A stretch of 64,000 bases of DNA from Candidatus Doudnabacteria bacterium (GTDB taxonomy: Bacteria; Patescibacteriota; Doudnabacteria; UBA920): the NCBI GenBank assembly GCA_016218585.1, contig JACRDK010000006.1, positions 1,823 to 65,822 on the forward strand. The letters run 5' to 3'. The notes beneath the pieces are model-generated. The model searched no databases and was not told where the DNA came from. It saw only the letters and a list, made by a program, of their open reading frames with translations. A program made the position numbers and the translations under genes. This document shows positions 37,846-45,894 of this stretch, piece after piece. Position 1 is the first letter of the stretch; every line of letters starts with the position of its first letter.

Positions 37846-39516
37846 ATGTTTAGACAACGCACAACAACAGAAAGAATTTGGGAAATTTTGCCGGGATTGC
37901 AATTCTGGGTAGTTTTTTTTGGCGCCATTTTGCTTTCCGCGCTAAGGCCTGTTTGGGCGGCATTGTTTATAATTTGTTTTGATTTGTATTGGGTTTTAAA
38001 AGCGGTTAATGTGGCAACTCACTTAATTTCCGCGTACAACAAATTCCGCTTGTTCGTAACCATTGACTGGTTAAGCAACACAACTAAGCTAACCGACTTC
38101 AAATCATACCAAAAATTTTTATTGGAAGAGCTGGCTAAAGCCAAAAGGCCGACAGCGAAAAGGTTTTATCGCCAGGAAGCGGAAAGAATTGGCCATTTAA
38201 TTTCTATGGGCCAAACCGGAAAAAATATGGGCGACTTTTACCATATTGTACTAATCCCATTTACTGATGAAAGTTTTGAAATTTTAGATTCAACTTTCAG
38301 CGCACTGGCTGCCTGCAATTACCCGAAAGATAAAATGATGGTGGTAATGGCTAGCGAAGAAAGAGCGGGGGAGCCTGCCCAGGAAGTTGGCCGGCAAATT
38401 AAAGCCAAGTACGAAAAAATATTCAACCGATTTTTCATTACCAAGCACCCCGACGGGCTGCCGGGTGAAATAAAAGGCAAAAGCGCCAACGCCAGCTTTG
38501 CCATGCAAAGCATGCTGCCGGAACTGGAAAAACTGGGCCTTAAAACCGAACAAATCCTGGTTTCAAATTTTGATTCAGACACCATTGTCCACCCGCAATA
38601 TTTTTCCCGGGTAATGTACGAATTTTTAACCGCGCTCAAACCTTATCAATCCAGCTACCAGCCAATTGCCGTATACAACAACAATATTTGGGACAGTCCG
38701 GCGCTAATCCGCGTGGTTTCGGTGTCTAATTCTTTCTGGCAGTTTACCGAAAGCAGCCGTCCCGACCGTTTGCGCAGTTTTTCTTCCCACACTATGACCT
38801 TAAAGGCTTTGGTGGAAATTGGATTCTGGAAAAAAGATATTGTAAATGAAGACGGCTACGTATATTGGCAATGTTACTTGCATTACAAAGGGGATTATCA
38901 GGTTGTGCCGTTATTCATCCCAATTTCTTTGGACACCTGTCTGGCAAACACTACCTGGCAGACTTTAATTAACCAATACAAACAAAAGCGCCGCTGGGCT
39001 TATAATGTAGAGTACTATCCGCACCTAATTCCGGCGCTAATTAAAAACGAAGCTCCTTTTTGGGACAGAATGTACAAACTCTACCAATACGTGGAAGGAA
39101 ATTTTAACTGGGCCACTGCCAGCATTTTAATTTCTTCCCTTGGATGGCTGCCGTTATTTTTAGGAGGCGACGCTTTTAAAAACAGCGTAATTGGCTATAC
39201 CTTGCCGACCGTGACTAAAACTTTAATGACCATTGCCACCTTCTTCCTGATTTTCAGCGTATATATTAATTTAATTTTATTGCCGCCACGACCAAAAAAA
39301 TACAGCATCTGGCGTTCGGCCATGATGTATTTGCAATGGTTTTTAGTGCCATTAACTTCCGTTGTTTTTGGCAGCCTGCCGGCGGTAGAAGCCCAAACCC
39401 GCCTAATGTTTGGCGCCTACCTGGAATTTTGGGTTACGCCAAAAGCCAGAAAAGGGGAGAATACCGGATTGGCTATGAAAGAAATGCAAAATAACCAAAC
39501 TTCCAACTTAAATTAA
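37846..39516 (+). CDS. membrane-embedded glycosyltransferase, GT2-like (putative)
   Basis: Central NFDSDT (DxD) and multiple TM helices flanking a cytoplasmic domain. Family assignment is tentative. Confidence 0.45.
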   Translation: MFRQRTTTERIWEILPGLQFWVVFFGAILLSALRPVWAALFIICFDLYWVLKAVNVATHLISAYNKFRLFVTIDWLSNTTKLTDFKSYQKFLLEELAKAKRPTAKRFYRQEAERIGHLISMGQTGKNMGDFYHIVLIPFTDESFEILDSTFSALAACNYPKDKMMVVMASEERAGEPAQEVGRQIKAKYEKIFNRFFITKHPDGLPGEIKGKSANASFAMQSMLPELEKLGLKTEQILVSNFDSDTIVHPQYFSRVMYEFLTALKPYQSSYQPIAVYNNNIWDSPALIRVVSVSNSFWQFTESSRPDRLRSFSSHTMTLKALVEIGFWKKDIVNEDGYVYWQCYLHYKGDYQVVPLFIPISLDTCLANTTWQTLINQYKQKRRWAYNVEYYPHLIPALIKNEAPFWDRMYKLYQYVEGNFNWATASILISSLGWLPLFLGGDAFKNSVIGYTLPTVTKTLMTIATFFLIFSVYINLILLPPRPKKYSIWRSAMMYLQWFLVPLTSVVFGSLPAVEAQTRLMFGAYLEFWVTPKARKGENTGLAMKEMQNNQTSNLN

Positions 39517-39520
39517 TTTA

Positions 39521-40603
39521 ATGCCTTATCTAATTTATTTTTTAATTGCCTTAGCCGCATCATTTGTTTTTACGCCTTTGGTAATGCGCGCGGCTTTTAA
39601 ATTAAAAATTATTGACGTTCCCGGAACGCACCCAAAAAAAATCCACGAGCAGCCAACAGCTCTTCTTGGCGGCGTTGCGGTTTTTTTGTCGTTCCTTTCG
39701 GCTTTGTTGCTTTACCTATATTTCGGCAAGCCGGATTTAAATGTTGTCCCAATGAAATTTTTCCTGGGAATTATTTTTGGCGGACTAATTTTAGTTTTAG
39801 GCGGGGCGATTGACGACAAATACAACCTGCCGCCAAAAGTTCTCTGGTTGTTTCCGGCACTGGCATCGCTAGTGGTAATTTGGTCGGGGATTGGCGTTGG
39901 CATAAAATTTATTTCCAACCCGTTTGGCACAGCCATAAGCTTAGATTATATTTTTCTCGGCTTGCCTCTGTCTGCAATTTTTGTCTGGGTCTGGATGATG
40001 GGAATGATTTTTACCACAAAACTTCTGGACGGACTAGACGGGCTTTGCGCGGGCATTGCTTTAATCGGCGGACTAACTATGTTTGCTTTATCTTTAGGAG
40101 AAAAAATTAATCAGCCGATTACCGCGAGCATTTCAATTATTTTTGCCGGGGCACTGCTCGGATATTTGTTTTTTGCTTTTAACCCGGCTTCCATTTTTTT
40201 GGGGGAAAGCGGCAGCACCTTTTTAGGATTTATTTTAGGTGTACTGGCTATAATTTCCGGCGCAAAAATTGCCACAGCTCTACTGGTTATGGGCATTCCA
40301 ATTCTAGACGTTGCCTGGGTGATTGTAAAAAGGCTGTGGTACCACCGAAGCCCGTTTTCCGGCGACCGCCAGCACCTGCACTTTAAACTGCTGGATATTG
40401 GCCTAACCCAGCGCCAGGCCGTCTTGGTTTTATATGCAATTTCCGCGGTTTTTGGCGGGGTAGCGGTATTTTTACAGAGTATGGGAAAACTCGTCGCCTT
40501 AGTCATTTTAACGTGTTTAATGGTAGGTTTAGCCCTAACCACAGTGGTTTTATACAAACGCCAACACCCCCACATTCCCGATTTGTTTGATAAGGCAAAA
40601 TAA
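39521..40603 (+). CDS. glycosyltransferase family 4, undecaprenyl-phosphate sugar-1-phosphate transferase (WecA/MraY-like)
   Basis: GGAIDDKYNL (DDxxD) motif, 10-11 TM helices. Confidence 0.75.
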   Translation: MPYLIYFLIALAASFVFTPLVMRAAFKLKIIDVPGTHPKKIHEQPTALLGGVAVFLSFLSALLLYLYFGKPDLNVVPMKFFLGIIFGGLILVLGGAIDDKYNLPPKVLWLFPALASLVVIWSGIGVGIKFISNPFGTAISLDYIFLGLPLSAIFVWVWMMGMIFTTKLLDGLDGLCAGIALIGGLTMFALSLGEKINQPITASISIIFAGALLGYLFFAFNPASIFLGESGSTFLGFILGVLAIISGAKIATALLVMGIPILDVAWVIVKRLWYHRSPFSGDRQHLHFKLLDIGLTQRQAVLVLYAISAVFGGVAVFLQSMGKLVALVILTCLMVGLALTTVVLYKRQHPHIPDLFDKAK

Positions 40604-40646
40604 AAAAGAACCGCCGGCACAGAGGCTGGCGGTCCAAGTTTGGTTC

Positions 40647-40889
40647 CTATTCCGAAACCTCCTTGATGAAACGCTGGTTAGCGAAGTACTCGCGTTCCAT
40701 TTCGAGGAAGCGACAGTTTTGCCCGGCGAAATACCCGTTCCAGAACGTATCGGTTCGATACTCCCTTACACGGATTCCCCGAAGACCCAAACTGTAGCCG
40801 TCCCTGAACTGGCGACGGATTCTCGCTTTTGCAGCGGTTTCTTTCGTTTCGGTAGAGCTCTTTGAGCCCTGATTCTTTGAATATCTCAT
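40647..40889 (-). CDS. hypothetical protein (GC-rich islet)
   Basis: Start MRYSKNQ preceded by AGGAGA SD. GC content above surroundings. Confidence 0.4.
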   Translation of the reverse strand: MRYSKNQGSKSSTETKETAAKARIRRQFRDGYSLGLRGIRVREYRTDTFWNGYFAGQNCRFLEMEREYFANQRFIKEVSE

Positions 40890-41123
40890 GGTTCTCTCCT
40901 GACAGCGGGCTACCTTGGTAGCCGTCGTCAAAAAAAATACCGATCACGAAAGAACCAACCTACAATACCATACTATATGTAAATTGTCAATATACCAAGA
41001 TAAAAGCTTAAAGCTTCCGCCGTTTGCCTATATTTTTTGCTAATTGACGAAATCCAATAAAAGTGATAGAATATTTGGGTATCTTTTCTAATAACTATTT
41101 ACTAGTCACTAATCACTATACTT

Positions 41124-41429
41124 ATGTTCGCAATCATCGAGACCGGCGGAAAGCAGTACTTGGTTTCCAAAGGAGACAAAATTCAGGTAGAAAAACTGGA
41201 CACCGAAGCCGGCAAAACCATTAAATTCGACAAAGTCTTATTTACTTCCGACGGCAAGTCCGCGGAAATCGGCAAACCGTATGTTACCGGAGCCGTGGTA
41301 GAAGGCAAGGTAATTAGCCAGGGACGCGGCAAAAAAATCCACGTTTTAAAATACCGCGCTAAGAGCAAATACCGCCGTAAAATAGGTGCCCGCCAAGCTT
41401 ACACTGAAATTGAAATAGTCAAAGCATAG
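41124..41429 (+). CDS. rplU: 50S ribosomal protein L21
   Basis: MFAIIETGGKQY...KIHVLKYRAKSKYRRKIGARQ. Confidence 0.9.
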   Translation: MFAIIETGGKQYLVSKGDKIQVEKLDTEAGKTIKFDKVLFTSDGKSAEIGKPYVTGAVVEGKVISQGRGKKIHVLKYRAKSKYRRKIGARQAYTEIEIVKA

Positions 41430-41467
41430 ATCGCGGATACGCGGACGGGACAGATTACGCAGATTTT

Positions 41468-41504
41468 AAAAAGACCCACCCTTTGAATAAAGGGTGGGTC
41501 TTTT
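41468..41504. terminator. bidirectional terminator aaaagacccacccttTGAATAaagggtgggtctttt
   Basis: 15-bp stem with A/T runs, between convergent rplU and recR. Confidence 0.6.
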
Positions 41505-41542
41505 GTATCAGTGTTATCAGCGGTAATCTGCGTATCTGTGGT

Positions 41543-42154
41543 CTAATATTCTCTTCTTCCTTCCATTGCTCTCATTAGAGTAATGTCGTCGGCGTATTCC
41601 AGGTCGCCGCCCATAGGCAAGCCTCGGGCAATGCGCGTAATTTTAACTTCCGGATTTGCCGCTTTAATAACTTTGGAAAGATGCATTGCCGTTGTTTCTC
41701 CTTCAAGCGACGGATTAGTTGCAATAATCACTTCCTTAATTCCTAATTCTTCATTCTTAATTCTTGCAAGGAGCGAATCTATTTCCAAATTCTCCGGCCC
41801 CAAGCCTTCCAAAGGGTTTAGCACTCCGCCTAACACATGAAATATTCCGTTATATTGCCCGCTCTTGTCTATGGCCTGAGCATCCAAAGGCTCTTCCACT
41901 ACGCAAACTAAAGAATGGTCCCGCCTGACATCGGCACAGGTAGAACAAGGGTCTGTCTCGCCCATATTGTGGCAAATTGAACAAAAAGTTATGCCTTCTT
42001 TAATTTGGGCAATACTCTGGGAGAGGCTATTTATATCTATGCTGTCCTGTTTAAGCAAATAAAAAGCCAGGCGTTGGGCGGTTTTTGGCCCCACGCCGGG
42101 AAGCTTGCCAAGCTCATTTATTAATTTTTGTAGAGATGATGGTAGTTTGGTCAT
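41543..42154 (-). CDS. recR: recombination protein RecR
   Basis: HhH LPGVGPKTAQRLAF, C4 zinc finger CSICHN...CSTC, Toprim. Start taken at the ATG (MTKLPSSL). Confidence 0.85.
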   Translation of the reverse strand: MTKLPSSLQKLINELGKLPGVGPKTAQRLAFYLLKQDSIDINSLSQSIAQIKEGITFCSICHNMGETDPCSTCADVRRDHSLVCVVEEPLDAQAIDKSGQYNGIFHVLGGVLNPLEGLGPENLEIDSLLARIKNEELGIKEVIIATNPSLEGETTAMHLSKVIKAANPEVKITRIARGLPMGGDLEYADDITLMRAMEGRREY

Positions 42155-42161
42155 AAATAAG

Positions 42162-42188
42162 TTATCAAGTTTATCAAGTCTATCAAGT
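42162..42188. repeat. three tandem 9-bp repeats ttatcaagt/ttatcaagt/ctatcaagt
   Basis: Located between dnaB stop and recR start. Confidence 0.5.
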
Positions 42189-42245
42189 TTAAAGTTAATG
42201 GGCCCATACTTGATGAACTTTATAACTTTATAAACTTGCAACTCT

Positions 42246-43634
42246 TTATACTGGTTCTTCCGCCGGAGCCATACTTTCCATTACGGTTTGCGGAGAAACG
42301 TCAAAAGTTTTGTCCAAATTCCTAAAGCTGGTCTTTTCACCGTCAAAGTACAAATCAACTTCGCCTACGGGACCATTTCTATGTTTCTTAATATGAATTT
42401 CCGCAATATGCGGGCGGCGGGACTCCTTGCCTTTATACATATCTTCACGATAAATAAACATAACCACGTCGGCATCTTGTTCAATGGAACCGGATTCACG
42501 CAAGTCGGAAAGCTGCGGCACTTTGTCCGGACGATTTTCCACGCCGCGGGACAGCTGGGACAAAGCCAGAACGGGCACATTAATTTCACGGGCCAAAAGT
42601 TTTAAGGCGCGGGAAATTTCCGAAACTTCCTGCACGCGATTCTCTGTGCTGCGCCCTTCCATTAACTGCAAGTAATCCACAACTATTAAACCAACGTCGT
42701 GTTCAGATTTCAAGCGGCGAGCTTTGGTGCGGACTTCCATAATGTTGCTGCCGGCGGCGTCATCTATAAAAATAGGGGACTCGGACAGTTCACCCATTGC
42801 CTGGCCAATTTTTTCAAAGTCTTCGTCATTCAAATGCCCGGTGCGAATTTTGGTTAAACTAACATCGCTCTGGGAAGAAAGCAAACGGTCCACCAATTGG
42901 TCTTTGCTCATTTCCAAAGAGAATATTCCTACCGGGGTTTTAGTATTTACCGCCACGTGGCGCATAATGTCCAAAGCCAAAGAAGTTTTACCCATAGAAG
43001 GACGGGCAGCCAGCACAATAAGGTCAGATCTTTGCAAGCCGCCAAGCAGCCTATCAAGATCTACATAGCCGGTCGGCACGCCGCGAAGCTTGCCCTTTTC
43101 TCTATGAAGCTCATCTATTCTCTCAAAGGTAGAATGTAAAATATTTCCAATGGAAATAAAATTCTGCTTCAAGTGCTTTTGGGAGATGTTAAAAAGTTTT
43201 TGTTCGGCAGCGTCTAAAATATCTTCCATATCGCCCTCTTCGTTAAATGCCAAATTACTCATTTCGCCCGCGGCATTTATAAGTTTTCTTAGCGCGCCTT
43301 TTTTGCGGACAATAAAAGCATAGTGCGTAATATGCGCGGAAGAGGGGACGGCGTTAACCAGTTCGGTTAAATAACTGGATCCGCCAACCTTGTCCATTAA
43401 CTTTCTCTCTTCCAACCAGTTGGTTACGGTGAGAATATCAATGGAAATATTTTTTTCGGAAAGCGCTAAAGCGGCTTCAAAAATTATTTTGTGGCGGTCA
43501 TCATAAAAGTCATCGGCAGAAACGACATCTCCGATTTTTATAAGCGCGTCTTTGTCTAACATTAAACAGCCCAAAACAGACATTTCGGCTTCCATGTTTT
43601 GCGGAGGCATCCGCTGAATACTTGAGTTTTCCAT
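42246..43634 (-). CDS. dnaB: replicative DNA helicase DnaB
   Basis: N-terminal domain, Walker A ARPSMGKTSLAL, RecA-fold C-terminus. Confidence 0.9.
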   Translation of the reverse strand: MENSSIQRMPPQNMEAEMSVLGCLMLDKDALIKIGDVVSADDFYDDRHKIIFEAALALSEKNISIDILTVTNWLEERKLMDKVGGSSYLTELVNAVPSSAHITHYAFIVRKKGALRKLINAAGEMSNLAFNEEGDMEDILDAAEQKLFNISQKHLKQNFISIGNILHSTFERIDELHREKGKLRGVPTGYVDLDRLLGGLQRSDLIVLAARPSMGKTSLALDIMRHVAVNTKTPVGIFSLEMSKDQLVDRLLSSQSDVSLTKIRTGHLNDEDFEKIGQAMGELSESPIFIDDAAGSNIMEVRTKARRLKSEHDVGLIVVDYLQLMEGRSTENRVQEVSEISRALKLLAREINVPVLALSQLSRGVENRPDKVPQLSDLRESGSIEQDADVVMFIYREDMYKGKESRRPHIAEIHIKKHRNGPVGEVDLYFDGEKTSFRNLDKTFDVSPQTVMESMAPAEEPV

Positions 43635-43794
43635 AAATTATTTACAATCCTTTTAAGCTATTATAGCGGTTTTTGTCGGGTCTTAAAAGAGCAAAAAAGC
43701 CCACATTTTGGGCTTTTTTGCGTAATTAGTGCAAATGATGGGGAAAGCAAGGGGACAAACAGTTTACCTTGTTATCATAAGGAGGTGTTCTAAA

Positions 43795-45222
43795 CTAAAT
43801 ACTGATTTTTTTGCGAATTTTCTGCCCTTCGGCAGTGTCTTTAACCTCAAATCCCAGAGCTTCTATTTCTTTTCTTAATTCATCAGATTTAGCAAAATCT
43901 TTTGCTTCGCGCGCAGCCTGGCGGGCTTTTACCAAATTTGCCGCTGCTTCAGGCAATTCAATATTTTCCAAAATGCTTGGCGGGTTAATTAAACCTAGCC
44001 CTAATACTTCATCAAACTTTTTTGCTATTTCATCTTGAGTTCGTAAATTTGCAGCCAAATGGCCAAAAGATTCCCACAGCGCAGCCACAAAAGCAGGAAT
44101 ATTCATATCATCATCCAAAGCTTGTTTTGCCATAGCCAAATATTCTTTCAAAATATCCGCTTGTTCGGGTTGGTTTTCGCCAATAATTTTATGAGATGCA
44201 AGGGTATTAAATAATTTCTCCACGGCCTTGTAAGCGCCCAAAAAACTCTCCCAGGTAAAATTTTGCCTCATGCGATAGCTGCTCTGAGTAAACAAATAAC
44301 GCAAAGCCTCTCCGGGCAAAGGAACTTTTTCCGCCATATCAGAAAGCTGCAGGAACTTGCCGTCGCGCTTGGCCATTTTTTTGTCATCCACCATTAAATG
44401 TTCGCAGTGGCACCAGTGTTTAACAAAATTTCCTTTTCCCAGCAGGGCCTGGCTTTGGGCAATTTCATTTGTATGATGCGGAAAAATTAAGTCCACGCCG
44501 CCGGTATGGATATCGGTTACTTCGCCTGAAAAAGCCACGCGGTTTATTACCGAGCATTCAATATGCCAGCCGGGTCGGCCTTTGCCTAAAAGGGGATGGT
44601 CCCAAAAAATTTGCGCGTCACTTTCGGAATTATGCGCTTTCCACAAGGCGAAGTCGGACAGGTTATCTTTTTCATATTCGTCTACGGCCACGCGCGCGCC
44701 AACTTTTTTCCCTTCCAAAAACTTTTCTCCGACAAGTTCGCCGTAATCGTTAAAATCTTTTTGATATTTTTCAATGCTAAAATAAACGCTTCCATCTTCA
44801 GCTTTGTAAGCGTAGCCTTTATTTATTAACTCAACAATAAATTCCTGAATCTGAGGGATTACATCGGTCACCCGGACAAAAGTAATGTCTTCCACCGAGA
44901 CTTTTACTTTATGCAAGTCTTTTAAAAACTCATCGTAATAAAATTTCGTAAATTCGCGAAGATTTTCCACATTGGCCTGAGCGCCGTATTTTTCTACCGT
45001 GCCTTTTATAGTTTTATCATCAATGTCGGTAATATTCATAACCCATTTTGGGTTAAACCCTTCGTGCTTAAGCGAACGAAAAAGCAAATCTGCCACTATA
45101 TATGAGCGCAAGTTTCCAATATGGGCATAATTGTATACTGTTGGCCCGCAGGTATACACATTTAAATGGTCTTTTTTTGGAACTTCTTCAAGTTGTTTGG
45201 AAAGGGTATTATATAATTTCAT
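43795..45222 (-). CDS. cysS: cysteine-tRNA ligase
   Basis: HIGN, zinc-binding Cys pattern, KMAKR (KMSKS variant). Confidence 0.9.
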   Translation of the reverse strand: MKLYNTLSKQLEEVPKKDHLNVYTCGPTVYNYAHIGNLRSYIVADLLFRSLKHEGFNPKWVMNITDIDDKTIKGTVEKYGAQANVENLREFTKFYYDEFLKDLHKVKVSVEDITFVRVTDVIPQIQEFIVELINKGYAYKAEDGSVYFSIEKYQKDFNDYGELVGEKFLEGKKVGARVAVDEYEKDNLSDFALWKAHNSESDAQIFWDHPLLGKGRPGWHIECSVINRVAFSGEVTDIHTGGVDLIFPHHTNEIAQSQALLGKGNFVKHWCHCEHLMVDDKKMAKRDGKFLQLSDMAEKVPLPGEALRYLFTQSSYRMRQNFTWESFLGAYKAVEKLFNTLASHKIIGENQPEQADILKEYLAMAKQALDDDMNIPAFVAALWESFGHLAANLRTQDEIAKKFDEVLGLGLINPPSILENIELPEAAANLVKARQAAREAKDFAKSDELRKEIEALGFEVKDTAEGQKIRKKISI

Positions 45223-45268
45223 ATAACTAATTTTAGCATGAAAAAGAACAAACGGTCGAACATATACT

Positions 45269-45304
45269 CATTCCGCTCATTCACGGCCGTGAATGAGCGG
45301 AATG
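45269..45304. repeat. perfect 36-bp palindrome cattccgctcattcacgg|ccgtgaatgagcggaatg
   Basis: Shares 22-bp core ctcattcacggccgtgaatgag with 45860-45893. Abuts the stop codon of the PaaX-like gene. Confidence 0.6.
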
Positions 45305-45826
45305 TTATAAATTAAACATCTTTCTAAGGTCTTTATCGTTATCCATCTCTTCAACCTTTATAATTCTTATAAAATTAATTAGCTTTGTCTCAGTTAAATA
45401 TTGTATTGCATCCCTGTTTAAGGGGTAAGGACTAATGAAAACACTAGCCTGAAGCTTTTTAAAATTGTTTTTCTTAAGCATCCAACGAAAATGATCCCGT
45501 AAATGATGGAAGCTTTCCGGGATGTCAAAAATAATGACCCTCCACTTCCCATCCCAATTTTTTGCAACATCTAGCCCTGCTTTTTGCAGCAATTTTTCCA
45601 ATTGCCCCTTGTTGGTAATTTTTAAAAACTTCTGGTCATTTTTTTTAATAATTTTTAAATACCCCGAACGGTTCATTTTCCACAGCGCATTAGTGTATTT
45701 GTCCCTGGTAAAACCTCTAAGGTTTTTCCTCTTTGCGAAATCATACAAACTTTCCAACGGCAAAAACGGAGTGTCAAGATCCAGACACTCGAGAACCAAA
45801 TGAACAAAAGGCCCATAACGATTCAT
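45305..45826 (-). CDS. PaaX-family-like transcriptional regulator (short form)
   Basis: WDGKWRVIIFDIPESFHHLRDHFRWMLKKNNFKKLQASVFISPY matches the PaaX C-terminal signature (WDG.W...F..PE...R...R..L...GF..L...VW..P). Confidence 0.55.
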   Translation of the reverse strand: MNRYGPFVHLVLECLDLDTPFLPLESLYDFAKRKNLRGFTRDKYTNALWKMNRSGYLKIIKKNDQKFLKITNKGQLEKLLQKAGLDVAKNWDGKWRVIIFDIPESFHHLRDHFRWMLKKNNFKKLQASVFISPYPLNRDAIQYLTETKLINFIRIIKVEEMDNDKDLRKMFNL

Positions 45827-45859
45827 ATAAATTGACTGTCGCTTTTATTTAAAAATTAA

Positions 45860-45893
45860 ATTCACCTCATTCACGGCCGTGAATGAGGTGAAT
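45860..45893. repeat. perfect 34-bp palindrome attcacctcattcacgg|ccgtgaatgaggtgaat
   Basis: Second copy of the cattcacggccgtgaatg core, between the CPA2 gene stop and the PaaX-like gene. Confidence 0.6.
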
Positions 45894-45894
45894 G

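Noticed and set aside
40587-40865. Plus-strand ORF 40587-40865 and overlapping minus ORF 40678-40947
   Set aside because: They overlap the better-supported minus-strand small gene (40647-40889), which has an SD. They lack start context and read through the terminator.
42155-42241. Extended RecR N-terminus starting at TTG 42241 (MQVYKVIKF...)
   Set aside because: RecR proteins begin at the motif found at the internal ATG (MTKLPSSLQKLINELGKLPGVG). The extension would translate the 9-bp tandem repeats and has no homology.
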